Assembly (NCBI RefSeq): GCF_009914755.1
Contig: NC_060942.1
DNA: 64,000 nucleotides
From: the human T2T-CHM13v2.0 reference genome, Homo sapiens
Direction: 5' to 3' (one strand)
The notes beneath the pieces were generated by a model that saw only the letters and a list, made by a program, of their open reading frames with translations, did not search any database and had not been told where the DNA came from. Positions 55,400 through 64,000 of this stretch are shown one piece after another. Positions within the stretch are counted from its first letter, which is position 1, and every line of letters begins with the position of its first letter. A program made the position numbers and the translations under genes.

Positions 55400-55740
55400 G
55401 ATAGAAAAACACTGTAACATTCTTTGAAAAGGATTTTCTCTTTGTACTGTGTATATAATTTTGTCTTCTGCTTTTTTCATTTAATGATTTTCTCCATGTC
55501 ATTAAAACATACTTTCTCATGTTTGAAGGATACTGCATCCTGGGAATAAACACTAGTTCATGTAACTACTCCTTATTGTTGAAGATTTAGACCGTGGCAA
55601 GTTTTATGTGTGTAAAAGGACATCTTGTATAAGGGACATCTTTGTGCATGAAGCTTTTTCTGCATTTCATATTAACTTCTTAGGCTAACTTCAAAAAATA
55701 AAATGATTGGGCTAAAGAGCATCAATGTTTTAACATTTCT
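55400..55740 (-). mobile_element. Ancient L1ME-type fragment
   Basis: CTGCTTTTTTCATTTAA...TTTCTCCATGTCATTAA...ACATCTTTGTGCAT...GATTGGGCTAAAGAG. Confidence 0.55.
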
Positions 55741-55934
55741 CTCCCTTTACTCTTTTTCTTTGAGATTCTCTCATTTATAACACTGTGTCTGGCACATAAT
55801 GGCTGTTCTAAATACTTAATACAGAGTTACTTTTGGTCATTCATTCATTCAAAAACATTTACTCCATATCTTCTCTGGCATTTAGATGTTAATGAGACAA
55901 AAGAAAATAACTTGATCCCGATAGTGGCAAAGGG

Positions 55935-56130
55935 GAAAGACCAGGGCTGGGAGTCAGTGACTCGCTTTCAAATCATGTTTCCATCATTTGTTTCCTGTGT
56001 TACTTTGGGGAAGTCGGTCAACTTCCCCAAGACTCTGTTTTCTTTCCTGTGGAAAAGGTGTTTCAGTGATAACTTAGCTTAAAGGGTTGTGAGATTAAAT
56101 GAAGCAATGGGATGAAAATACTCAACCCAG
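55935..56130 (+). mobile_element. MIR SINE
   Basis: GGGCTGGGAGTCAG...TGTGTTACTTTGGGGAAGTC...CTGTTTTCT...GGGTTGTGAGATTAAATGA. Confidence 0.65.
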
Positions 56131-57829
56131 AGGCGCAGGAGCCTGTGCCGTGTGAGCTGAGTGAAAGAAGTCACAGCTCTATGAGGAGGACAGACAGGTA
56201 ACAGCTCCAGATTCTTCCAGGAGTGGTGAATTCCGTGAGGGGATTGAGAGGGTGGCATAAGGAGATGACCTTTGAGCCTCCCTGGAGGGATGAGGGAGGG
56301 CCCAGTAGCTCACACCAGGCAGAGAGTCGGGGAGGGCTGGCATCCAGACTGGGCACTCCCCTGCAGGGGAAGGGCTGCCTGGGACCAGATAGATAGAGCG
56401 GGCTGGGCACAGAGGGCTGGGCACAGGCGGGGCAGCGGTGAGGGTCCAGACGCCCTGCCTGGGACACGCAGCTTCAGCAAAGGCTTGCACTCAGGGTTGT
56501 CGGGAGCACAGCGTCTGCTGGAAGGGAGAATGTCACGGACCAGGAGTGGAGCGAGGTCATCCGGGGATGTTGGAAGGCTCTGGCCACAGCTGGTCCTCAG
56601 TGCGGGGGGCCAGTTTGGATGCGGGGCCTGAGGACCAGGAGGCTTTGAGGATGGCGCTGCTTTTCTGCCTCGGATACTCTCGTTTGGGGTTATTCGGTAA
56701 CGTCTGAATCTGGAGATTCAGAAGGAGGAGAAAGTGTGCTGTTGTTTTGAGGAGGAGGGTGCTGGAGAGGGCGGTGGGGTGTCATTTTGTTTGCACACAA
56801 CGTAGGTGTGATGTGGAGCACCCGTGTCACATTAGATCTGTGGCAGAACAGTGGGGCTCCTTCCACGGGCCCTACATGGGGCCAGGCCCTGAAAGCACCA
56901 TGGGGGTGGCATGACAGGCGTCCTCCCTGATGGGCCTGTGTCTGGCAGGTGTGCAGGGGTGCTCATGGCTGTGGTCGGCACAGGCCCTGGGGTTGTGGAG
57001 AAGGTGAGATTGGCCAGAGAGAGGCTGCAGTAAGAACGGGCAAGAGCAGGAGGCAGACCTGGGGATGCGGCAGCTCAGAACGGGGAGCGGGTAGCGGTCA
57101 CCGAGGGTCTGGAGACGAGGGAGAGGGCCACATGCTGCTCATGGGTGCAACCGGGTGGGGAGTGAGAAGTTGCCTCCAGATGGCATCTGGAAGGGGGGCA
57201 TGCTAGGTGCGGGCAGGGAGAGCCCGAACCTGTGGGGGCCCAGCCTTCACCCTGGTCCACACGGGGCTCCCTGCCTTCCAAAAGTGTCCCTCACCTACCC
57301 GGTCAGAGGCTGCCTGATCACCCTGCTTTGCTTCTTCCCTGGGACATGAGTCCCCATCCCTAGGGCAGGGACTTTATGGACCCCCTCCTTCGACGTCCGC
57401 ACTCCCTGGAGTCCACACAGGGCCGTGGACATCTGCGCAAGGAAATGGCTTGCTGGGAAGATGACTTCTTAGGAGGGCCTTCTCGTTCTGTGGATCTGTG
57501 AGGTCCAATCTGTTCTGACACACATTGGCGATGAGATACATTGTAGCTCAGCCTAGGAACTTCCCGGGTGCAGAATGGACTGTCTTGGAGCGTGGTCTGG
57601 ACAACGCTCTGTGCCTGCTGGGAGCATGAGGGTGCAGCATGGTGTGGGAAGAGGCCATCACCATGTGAGATGCCGGGCCAGGCCCTGAGACGCAGCCCTG
57701 ACTCCGGACCCTCATCCTTTGTGGGCACCTGCTCCAAGCAAGGGGATGAGGATTGGTCAGTGTTGAACACACCTAGAGGCATGAGAGTAAGTTTCCCATT
57801 TCTGTGTTTTCAGTGTTGAGAGGAAAGCC

Positions 57830-58191
57830 TGCCAAGGACAGAATTGTGTCCCCGTCATTCATATGTGGAAGACCTGACTCCCATTGTGGCTGTATTTGGA
57901 GAAGGGGCCTTTAGGAAGTAATTAACATTAAATGCGGTCACAGGGCCGTCGTCCAACAGAGGTGGCCTTAAAAGAAGTGGAAGAGCTCTCTCTTTCCACC
58001 TGCTGGAAGGAAGAGCCATTCAGGGAGAGAGCTGCCATCCTCAAGCCAGGGAGAGCCCTCACCAGAAACCAAACCCTGCCAGACCTTAACCTGGGACTTC
58101 CAGTCTCCAGGACTGGGAGAAAGGAAGTTCTGTTGGTCAAGCCATATCCGCATACGGTATGTGGATATGGTAGCCCAAGCTGACGAACACA
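57830..58191 (+). mobile_element. MaLR solo LTR (MLT1A/B-like)
   Basis: GAATTGTGTCCCC...ATTCATATGTGGAAG...GTATTTGGAGAAGGGGCCTTTAGGAAGTAATT...CCCTCACCAGAAACC...GACTTCCAGTCTCCAGGACTG. Confidence 0.85.
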
Positions 58192-59769
58192 AAGTCACTT
58201 ATTAGCACACACAGGTTGGCCGCCTGCTGTGGGGTGGGCCATGGGAGGGCTGGTTTAGCCTGTGCAGCAGCCTTCAGGCACCTGTGGCCGGGAGCAGAGG
58301 CACACAGAGCAGTGCGCCAGCAGTGACGGGCTCCCCGAACTGAGCAGATCCAAGTCAAGCTAAACGTTTCCTTTGCATTAGTGGCCATGAAACTCCCTTT
58401 CACAAAGATGGGTTGACGAAAGCCGTGAGGCCGTTTCCTATAGTCGATCCTGATAGAAGGGCCTCCCGCACACAGTGGGAGGGGCCTGGGGCCAAGGCCA
58501 GCACATGCTCAGGCCTGCCGACATCTTAAACCTGGGCCTTCTGCCTCCCCTGGGCGTTGCCCTGCCCAGCACATCCTGCAGCCTTCAGAGTCACCCTCTG
58601 AATCCACAGAGGAGCTGCACCTTGTAGCCCAAGCCAACATGGCCCAGGCCAGGCTGGTTCAAAGGTGATGAGTCTGACCAGTGGTTCTTAAAGTGGGGTC
58701 CCTGGGTCCTAGCAGTGAACCCTCAGAACTGGGCCATCCTAAACCTTTAATAATTACAGGCTAATGACAATGTGCCTGAACTTGGCAATTATCTTTTAAT
58801 TTTATGAGCGTTATATTTTACGGGAGAGTCATAGAATCATCTAGAACATTCCCCACATGTTGATGCCCGTAGTTGAGGCCTGGGGTCTTACATGATTGGT
58901 TATTTTCCACACTCACAGTACAGTGTGAACAGGATTGTGATTCCTGGCTTTGCTGCTTTTCCACGTACCTCCATGAAATGCGTGAACACAGGTGCGCAGA
59001 TTGTCGTGTGCAGAAAAGGGCAGTGTGTGCAAGCACTCGGGATGGCCTGAACTAGAAGATTCTCCACATGACCGATTCAGTCGTCTCTCATTGTGTGTGT
59101 GTGTGTGCGTGTGCTTGTGTGTACACATGTGATTATGCGTGTGCCTGTGAGTGCTGGCTGCTGCTAGAATCTGAAGCCCTGCATTTGCGGGTTTTGAGGC
59201 TCTCACACTGCTCCCTGCTGCCCCTGGCATCCTCCCTTTGGGCGGCCAAGATGTTTTCTGTCCCTCCCAGCAGTCCTCCCTGAAAACGTCTGTGCTCCTT
59301 GTCGTGTTCCCTCAGGCCCTGGCTCTGATGATGTCATCATGAATGATGATATTTAATGAGACACGCCTCTCAGGTCAGATGAATGCATTTTAATAGGGAT
59401 TTTCTGCAAAATATCTGAACCCCAAATACCCCAAGTTGTTGATGGAACTGTAGTCCAGCTAGTTGTTGCCTCGAGACGGGAAAAGTAAGTAAAAGTGCCT
59501 TGGTCAAAGAAGCTGAGGCAGTGTTCCTTGCAGTAGTCTCCCCTTGGGAGTTAGGAAGGTGTGTTGCATAGTGAAGGATCTGACATGTCCTGCAGTCACA
59601 AGTCCAGGTTTCATCTCGGTTTCTCTGCCTTCCAGCCTCATCCATGGGACAACTTCCATATCCTGGAGGCCCCTCTGGGAAACGCTGCCTTCAGCCCATG
59701 AAGTCGCTCCGCTGTGCAGTCGTGGGCCTGTAGTAGGCAGCTGGAGCGTGGACTGTTGGGCTTTTGTAA

Positions 59770-60220
59770 TTAAACAGCTTTTATTGTGATAAAATATTTA
59801 TAATGTATAAGTGACCATTTTAACCATTTTAAGTGCACAGTTTCATGGCGTTAAGAACATTCATATTGATGTGCAGCCATCACCACCCTCCATCTCCAGA
59901 ACTTTCTCGTCTTCCCAGATGGAAACTCTGTCCCCATCCCCTCCTTCTCCTGGCACACGCCACCACTCTGCTTTCTTTTTCTATGAATGTGACAACTCTA
60001 GGGCCCTCACGTGAGGTGAGCCATGCAGTACATGTCCTCTTGTGTCTGGCTGCCTTCACCGAGCACTATGCCCTCGAGGTGCGTCCGCGCTGCAGTGCGT
60101 GTCAGAACTCCCTTTCCAAGCCTGAGTGTGGACGGGCCACACCGCGTTCATCCCTCCAACTGTCAGTGGACCTTTTGGTGCCTTCCAGCTTTTGGCTGCA
60201 GTCAATGAGGCTGCTCTGGG
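59770..60220 (-). mobile_element. L1MB-type 3' end fragment
   Basis: ACAGCTTTATTG...CCATTTTAACCATTTTAAGTGCACAGTT...CCATCTCCAGAACTTT...TTCCAGCTTTTGGCTG. Confidence 0.8.
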
Positions 60221-60800
60221 CCTTGGTGAACAACCGTGGCTTTTGCCGTCTGGCAGCCCCGTGCGGGTGGCGCTTTGCTCTGCCAGGCAGGAGATTGGCG
60301 GTGCCATGTTGGTGCTTTTGGTGAAGACCAGAGTGTTTTCATTGCTTGCCATTGAGGAGTGTTTTTACTTATGGAAACGATATACTGTCTGTGAATATCC
60401 TGCTCTAAAAATTGATAACCAGGTCCTGCCCGATGGGTGTTTACAAATATTTGCCATATGGAAGTCATGAGGGGACTCCTGGGTCACTTACAGAGGGAAC
60501 AGCCTATAGGAGGGGTACTTGGCAGGTGGTGGCTGGAGTCCCAAGTTCCTGCCCTTCCCACCAGGCTGCAAGGGTCAAACTGACATCTTTGGGACGAGCA
60601 CAGGACATCATCCTCCAGCTCAGTCCCCTTTGCTAAAGACACACTCAGGAGGGGACAGCACCTTTTGAAACCTAACTCCTGCAAAGGGGTAGATATGTAA
60701 ACTTGGGGTAGCCTTGTGTCCTGGGGGCTAGGCTGACAAATATCTTTTTAAAGATCATCTAACTGCTGGGGAGGCTGTGTCTTTGAAGATGATTTACTTC

Positions 60801-60830
60801 TTCTAACTGGGTTTCATTTTTCTCTCCTAG
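60801..60830 (+). other. TSHZ1: 3' splice acceptor of TSHZ1 intron 1 (branch point, polypyrimidine tract, AG)
   Basis: TTCTAAC branch consensus at 60801-60807, then TTTCATTTTTCTCTCCTAG ending at 60830, directly before the open frame. Confidence 0.95.
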
Positions 60831-63800
60831 CTTATGTTCCTGAGGAAGAATTGAAGGCAGCAGAAATAGATGAAGAGCACGTGGAGGATGACGGGCTGTC
60901 TTTGGACATTCAGGAAAGTGAGTACATGTGCAATGAAGAGACGGAGATCAAAGAGGCGCAGAGCTACCAGAACTCCCCAGTCAGCTCTGCGACTAACCAG
61001 GACGCCGGCTACGGGTCGCCCTTCAGTGAGAGCAGCGACCAGCTAGCCCATTTCAAAGGCTCTTCCTCTCGAGAAGAGAAGGAGGATCCGCAGTGTCCCG
61101 ACAGTGTCTCGTACCCCCAGGACAGCCTGGCACAGATCAAAGCTGTGTATGCAAACTTGTTCTCCGAGTCCTGCTGGTCCAGCTTAGCTCTGGATTTAAA
61201 GAAGTCGGGTTCCACCACCAGCACCAACGATGCCAGCCAGAAGGAGAGCTCCGCCCCCACCCCCACACCCCCCACCTGCCCCGTCAGCACCACTGGCCCC
61301 ACCACGAGCACGCCCAGCACCAGCTGCAGCTCCAGCACCAGCCACAGCAGTACCACCAGTACCAGCAGCAGCTCCGGGTACGACTGGCACCAGGCTGCAC
61401 TGGCCAAGACGCTGCAGCAGACGTCCTCGTACGGGCTGCTTCCTGAGCCCAGCCTGTTCAGCACCGTGCAGCTCTACCGCCAGAACAACAAGCTCTACGG
61501 CTCCGTCTTCACGGGCGCCAGCAAGTTCCGGTGCAAAGACTGCAGTGCCGCGTACGACACGCTGGTGGAACTGACGGTGCACATGAACGAGACAGGCCAC
61601 TACCGTGACGACAACAGGGACAAGGACTCCGAGAAGACCAAGAGGTGGTCCAAGCCCAGGAAGCGCTCCCTGATGGAGATGGAGGGGAAGGAGGACGCCC
61701 AGAAGGTGCTGAAGTGCATGTACTGTGGACACTCCTTTGAGTCCTTGCAGGACCTCAGCGTCCACATGATCAAAACCAAGCATTACCAGAAAGTGCCTCT
61801 GAAGGAGCCAGTGCCAGCCATCACCAAACTGGTCCCCTCCACCAAAAAGCGGGCGCTTCAGGACCTGGCGCCCCCCTGCTCCCCTGAGCCAGCAGGAATG
61901 GCCGCAGAGGTGGCCCTGAGTGAGTCAGCCAAGGATCAGAAAGCAGCGAACCCGTACGTCACGCCCAATAACCGCTATGGCTACCAGAATGGCGCCAGCT
62001 ACACCTGGCAGTTTGAGGCCCGCAAGGCGCAGATCCTCAAGTGCATGGAGTGTGGCAGCTCCCACGACACGCTGCAGCAGCTCACCGCCCACATGATGGT
62101 CACCGGGCACTTCCTGAAAGTGACCACCTCGGCTTCTAAGAAGGGCAAGCAGTTGGTGCTGGACCCTGTGGTGGAAGAGAAGATCCAGTCCATCCCACTA
62201 CCGCCCACCACCCACACGCGGCTGCCGGCCTCCAGCATCAAAAAGCAGCCCGACTCTCCCGCGGGGTCCACGACTTCTGAAGAAAAGAAAGAGCCAGAGA
62301 AGGAGAAGCCGCCCGTGGCTGGCGACGCGGAGAAGATCAAGGAGGAGAGTGAGGACAGCTTGGAGAAATTTGAGCCCAGCACCCTGTACCCGTACCTGCG
62401 TGAGGAGGACCTGGACGACAGCCCCAAGGGAGGGCTGGACATTCTCAAGTCCCTGGAGAATACCGTCTCCACGGCCATTAGCAAAGCTCAGAATGGTGCG
62501 CCCTCATGGGGTGGCTACCCCAGCATCCATGCAGCCTACCAGCTCCCGGGCACCGTGAAGCCACTGCCGGCGGCCGTGCAGAGCGTGCAGGTGCAGCCGT
62601 CCTATGCTGGCGGCGTGAAGTCGCTGTCTTCCGCCGAGCACAACGCCCTCCTGCACTCCCCAGGGAGCCTCACGCCCCCACCGCACAAGAGCAACGTGTC
62701 TGCCATGGAGGAGCTGGTGGAGAAGGTCACGGGCAAGGTCAACATCAAGAAGGAGGAGAGACCCCCTGAGAAGGAGAAGAGCTCCCCGGCCAAGGCTGCG
62801 TCCCCCATAGCAAAAGAGAATAAAGATTTCCCGAAAACGGAGGAAGTCAGCGGCAAACCACAGAAGAAGGGCCCTGAGGCCGAGACTGGGAAGGCCAAAA
62901 AGGAGGGACCGCTGGACGTTCACACCCCAAATGGCACAGAGCCTCTCAAAGCAAAGGTCACCAACGGCTGTAACAACCTGGGGATCATCATGGACCACTC
63001 ACCGGAGCCTTCCTTCATCAACCCGCTGAGCGCTTTGCAGTCCATCATGAACACCCACCTGGGCAAGGTGTCCAAGCCCGTGAGTCCCTCGCTGGACCCG
63101 CTGGCGATGCTGTACAAGATCAGCAACAGCATGCTGGACAAGCCGGTGTACCCCGCCACCCCTGTGAAGCAGGCCGATGCCATCGACCGCTACTATTATG
63201 AAAACAGCGACCAGCCCATTGACTTAACCAAGTCCAAGAACAAGCCGCTGGTGTCCAGCGTGGCTGATTCGGTGGCATCACCTCTGCGGGAGAGCGCACT
63301 CATGGACATCTCCGACATGGTGAAAAACCTCACAGGCCGCCTGACGCCCAAGTCCTCCACGCCCTCCACAGTTTCAGAGAAGTCCGATGCTGATGGCAGC
63401 AGCTTTGAGGAGGCGTTGGACGAGCTGTCACCGGTCCACAAGAGGAAGGGCCGGCAGTCCAACTGGAACCCGCAGCACCTTCTCATCCTGCAGGCCCAGT
63501 TCGCCTCGAGCTTGCGGGAGACCACAGAGGGCAAGTACATCATGTCGGACTTGGGCCCGCAGGAGAGGGTGCACATCTCGAAGTTTACTGGGCTCTCCAT
63601 GACCACCATCAGCCACTGGCTGGCCAATGTGAAGTACCAGTTGAGGAGGACAGGGGGAACGAAATTCCTAAAGAACCTGGACACAGGGCATCCTGTTTTC
63701 TTTTGCAACGATTGTGCCTCTCAGTTCAGAACTGCTTCTACATACATAAGTCATTTGGAGACACACTTGGGCTTCAGCCTGAAGGATCTCTCCAAGCTGC

Positions 63801-64000
63801 CACTCAATCAGATTCAAGAACAGCAGAATGTTTCGAAAGTCCTCACCAACAAAACTCTGGGCCCACTGGGGGCCACCGAGGAAGACTTGGGCTCCACATT
63901 CCAATGTAAGCTCTGCAACCGGACTTTTGCGAGCAAGCACGCAGTCAAACTGCACCTTAGTAAGACCCACGGCAAGTCTCCCGAGGACCACCTGATCTAT
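60831..64000 (+). CDS. TSHZ1: TSHZ1 (teashirt homolog 1) coding exon 2, partial: phase-1 start, reading frame begins with TAT at 60833, no stop before the window end
   Basis: Manual translation gives YVPEEELKAAEIDEEHVEDDGLSLDIQESEYMCNEETEIKEAQSYQNSP...HGKSPEDHLIY, 1056 codons (60833-64000). This matches recalled human TSHZ1 residues 15-1070 of 1077. The in-frame ATG at 60926 corresponds to the start of the 1032-aa form. Confidence 0.98.
61205..61376 (+). other. TSHZ1: Ser/Thr/Pro-rich low-complexity coding segment
   Basis: SGSTTSTNDASQKESSAPTPTPPTCPVSTTGPTTSTPSTSCSSSTSHSSTTSTSSSS, built from AGC/ACC-rich codons. Confidence 0.85.
61526..61600 (+). other. TSHZ1: C2H2 zinc finger 1 (teashirt-type HX5H spacing)
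   Basis: FRCKDCSAAYDTLVELTVHMNETGH. Confidence 0.95.
61709..61783 (+). other. TSHZ1: C2H2 zinc finger 2 (HX5H)
   Basis: LKCMYCGHSFESLQDLSVHMIKTKH. Confidence 0.95.
62036..62110 (+). other. TSHZ1: C2H2 zinc finger 3 (HX5H)
   Basis: LKCMECGSSHDTLQQLTAHMMVTGH. Confidence 0.95.
63215..63229 (+). other. TSHZ1: PXDLS-type CtBP-binding motif (PIDLT)
   Basis: CCC ATT GAC TTA ACC = PIDLT; teashirt proteins are known to recruit CtBP through this motif class. Confidence 0.85.
63443..63655 (+). other. TSHZ1: Atypical homeodomain
   Basis: RKGRQSNWNPQHLLILQAQFASSLRETTEGKYIMSDLGPQERVHISKFTGLSMTTISHWLANVKYQLRRTG. Confidence 0.92.
63698..63766 (+). other. TSHZ1: C2H2 zinc finger 4
   Basis: FFCNDCASQFRTASTYISHLETH. 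Confidence 0.95.
63899..63970 (+). other. TSHZ1: C2H2 zinc finger 5
   Basis: FQCKLCNRTFASKHAVKLHLSKTH. Confidence 0.95.

Noticed and set aside
61009-63991. Long antisense and alternative-frame ORFs (e.g. 61196-61783, 61999-62484, 62504-62998, 63196-63708)
   Set aside because: These are shadows of the GC3-rich TSHZ1 coding frame, with no recognisable domains.

Overview
Primate genomic DNA (Alu-containing, human-like). The window covers about 60.8 kb of the large first intron of TSHZ1 (teashirt zinc finger homeobox 1; 18q22.3 in human, from recall) on the + strand, followed by almost all of its giant coding exon 2. That exon starts at 60831 after a canonical branch point/polypyrimidine/AG acceptor and is still open at the window end. 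It encodes five C2H2 zinc fingers, a PIDLT CtBP-binding motif and an atypical homeodomain. The supplied ORF track misses it, apparently because the stop codon lies just beyond the window. The intron holds five Alus (three with readable 15-bp target-site duplications), three MaLR LTRs, Tigger and hAT DNA-transposon relics, many L1M/L2/MIR relics, two minisatellites, a 160-bp local duplication and several repeat-free blocks rich in homeodomain motifs that look like developmental enhancers. I found no prokaryote-type system (CRISPR, operon) and no convincing new protein-coding gene. The most unusual elements are: a 16-bp minisatellite whose unit packs AhR/XRE, GATA and ETS motifs; a ~20-unit minisatellite with a CTCF-like core beside a CpG-rich patch; an inverted Alu pair; a quasi-palindrome perfected inside an LTR; and a strong internal splice donor plus out-of-frame ATGs at the start of exon 2. 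Repeat subfamily names come from recalled consensus sequences, not from a search.
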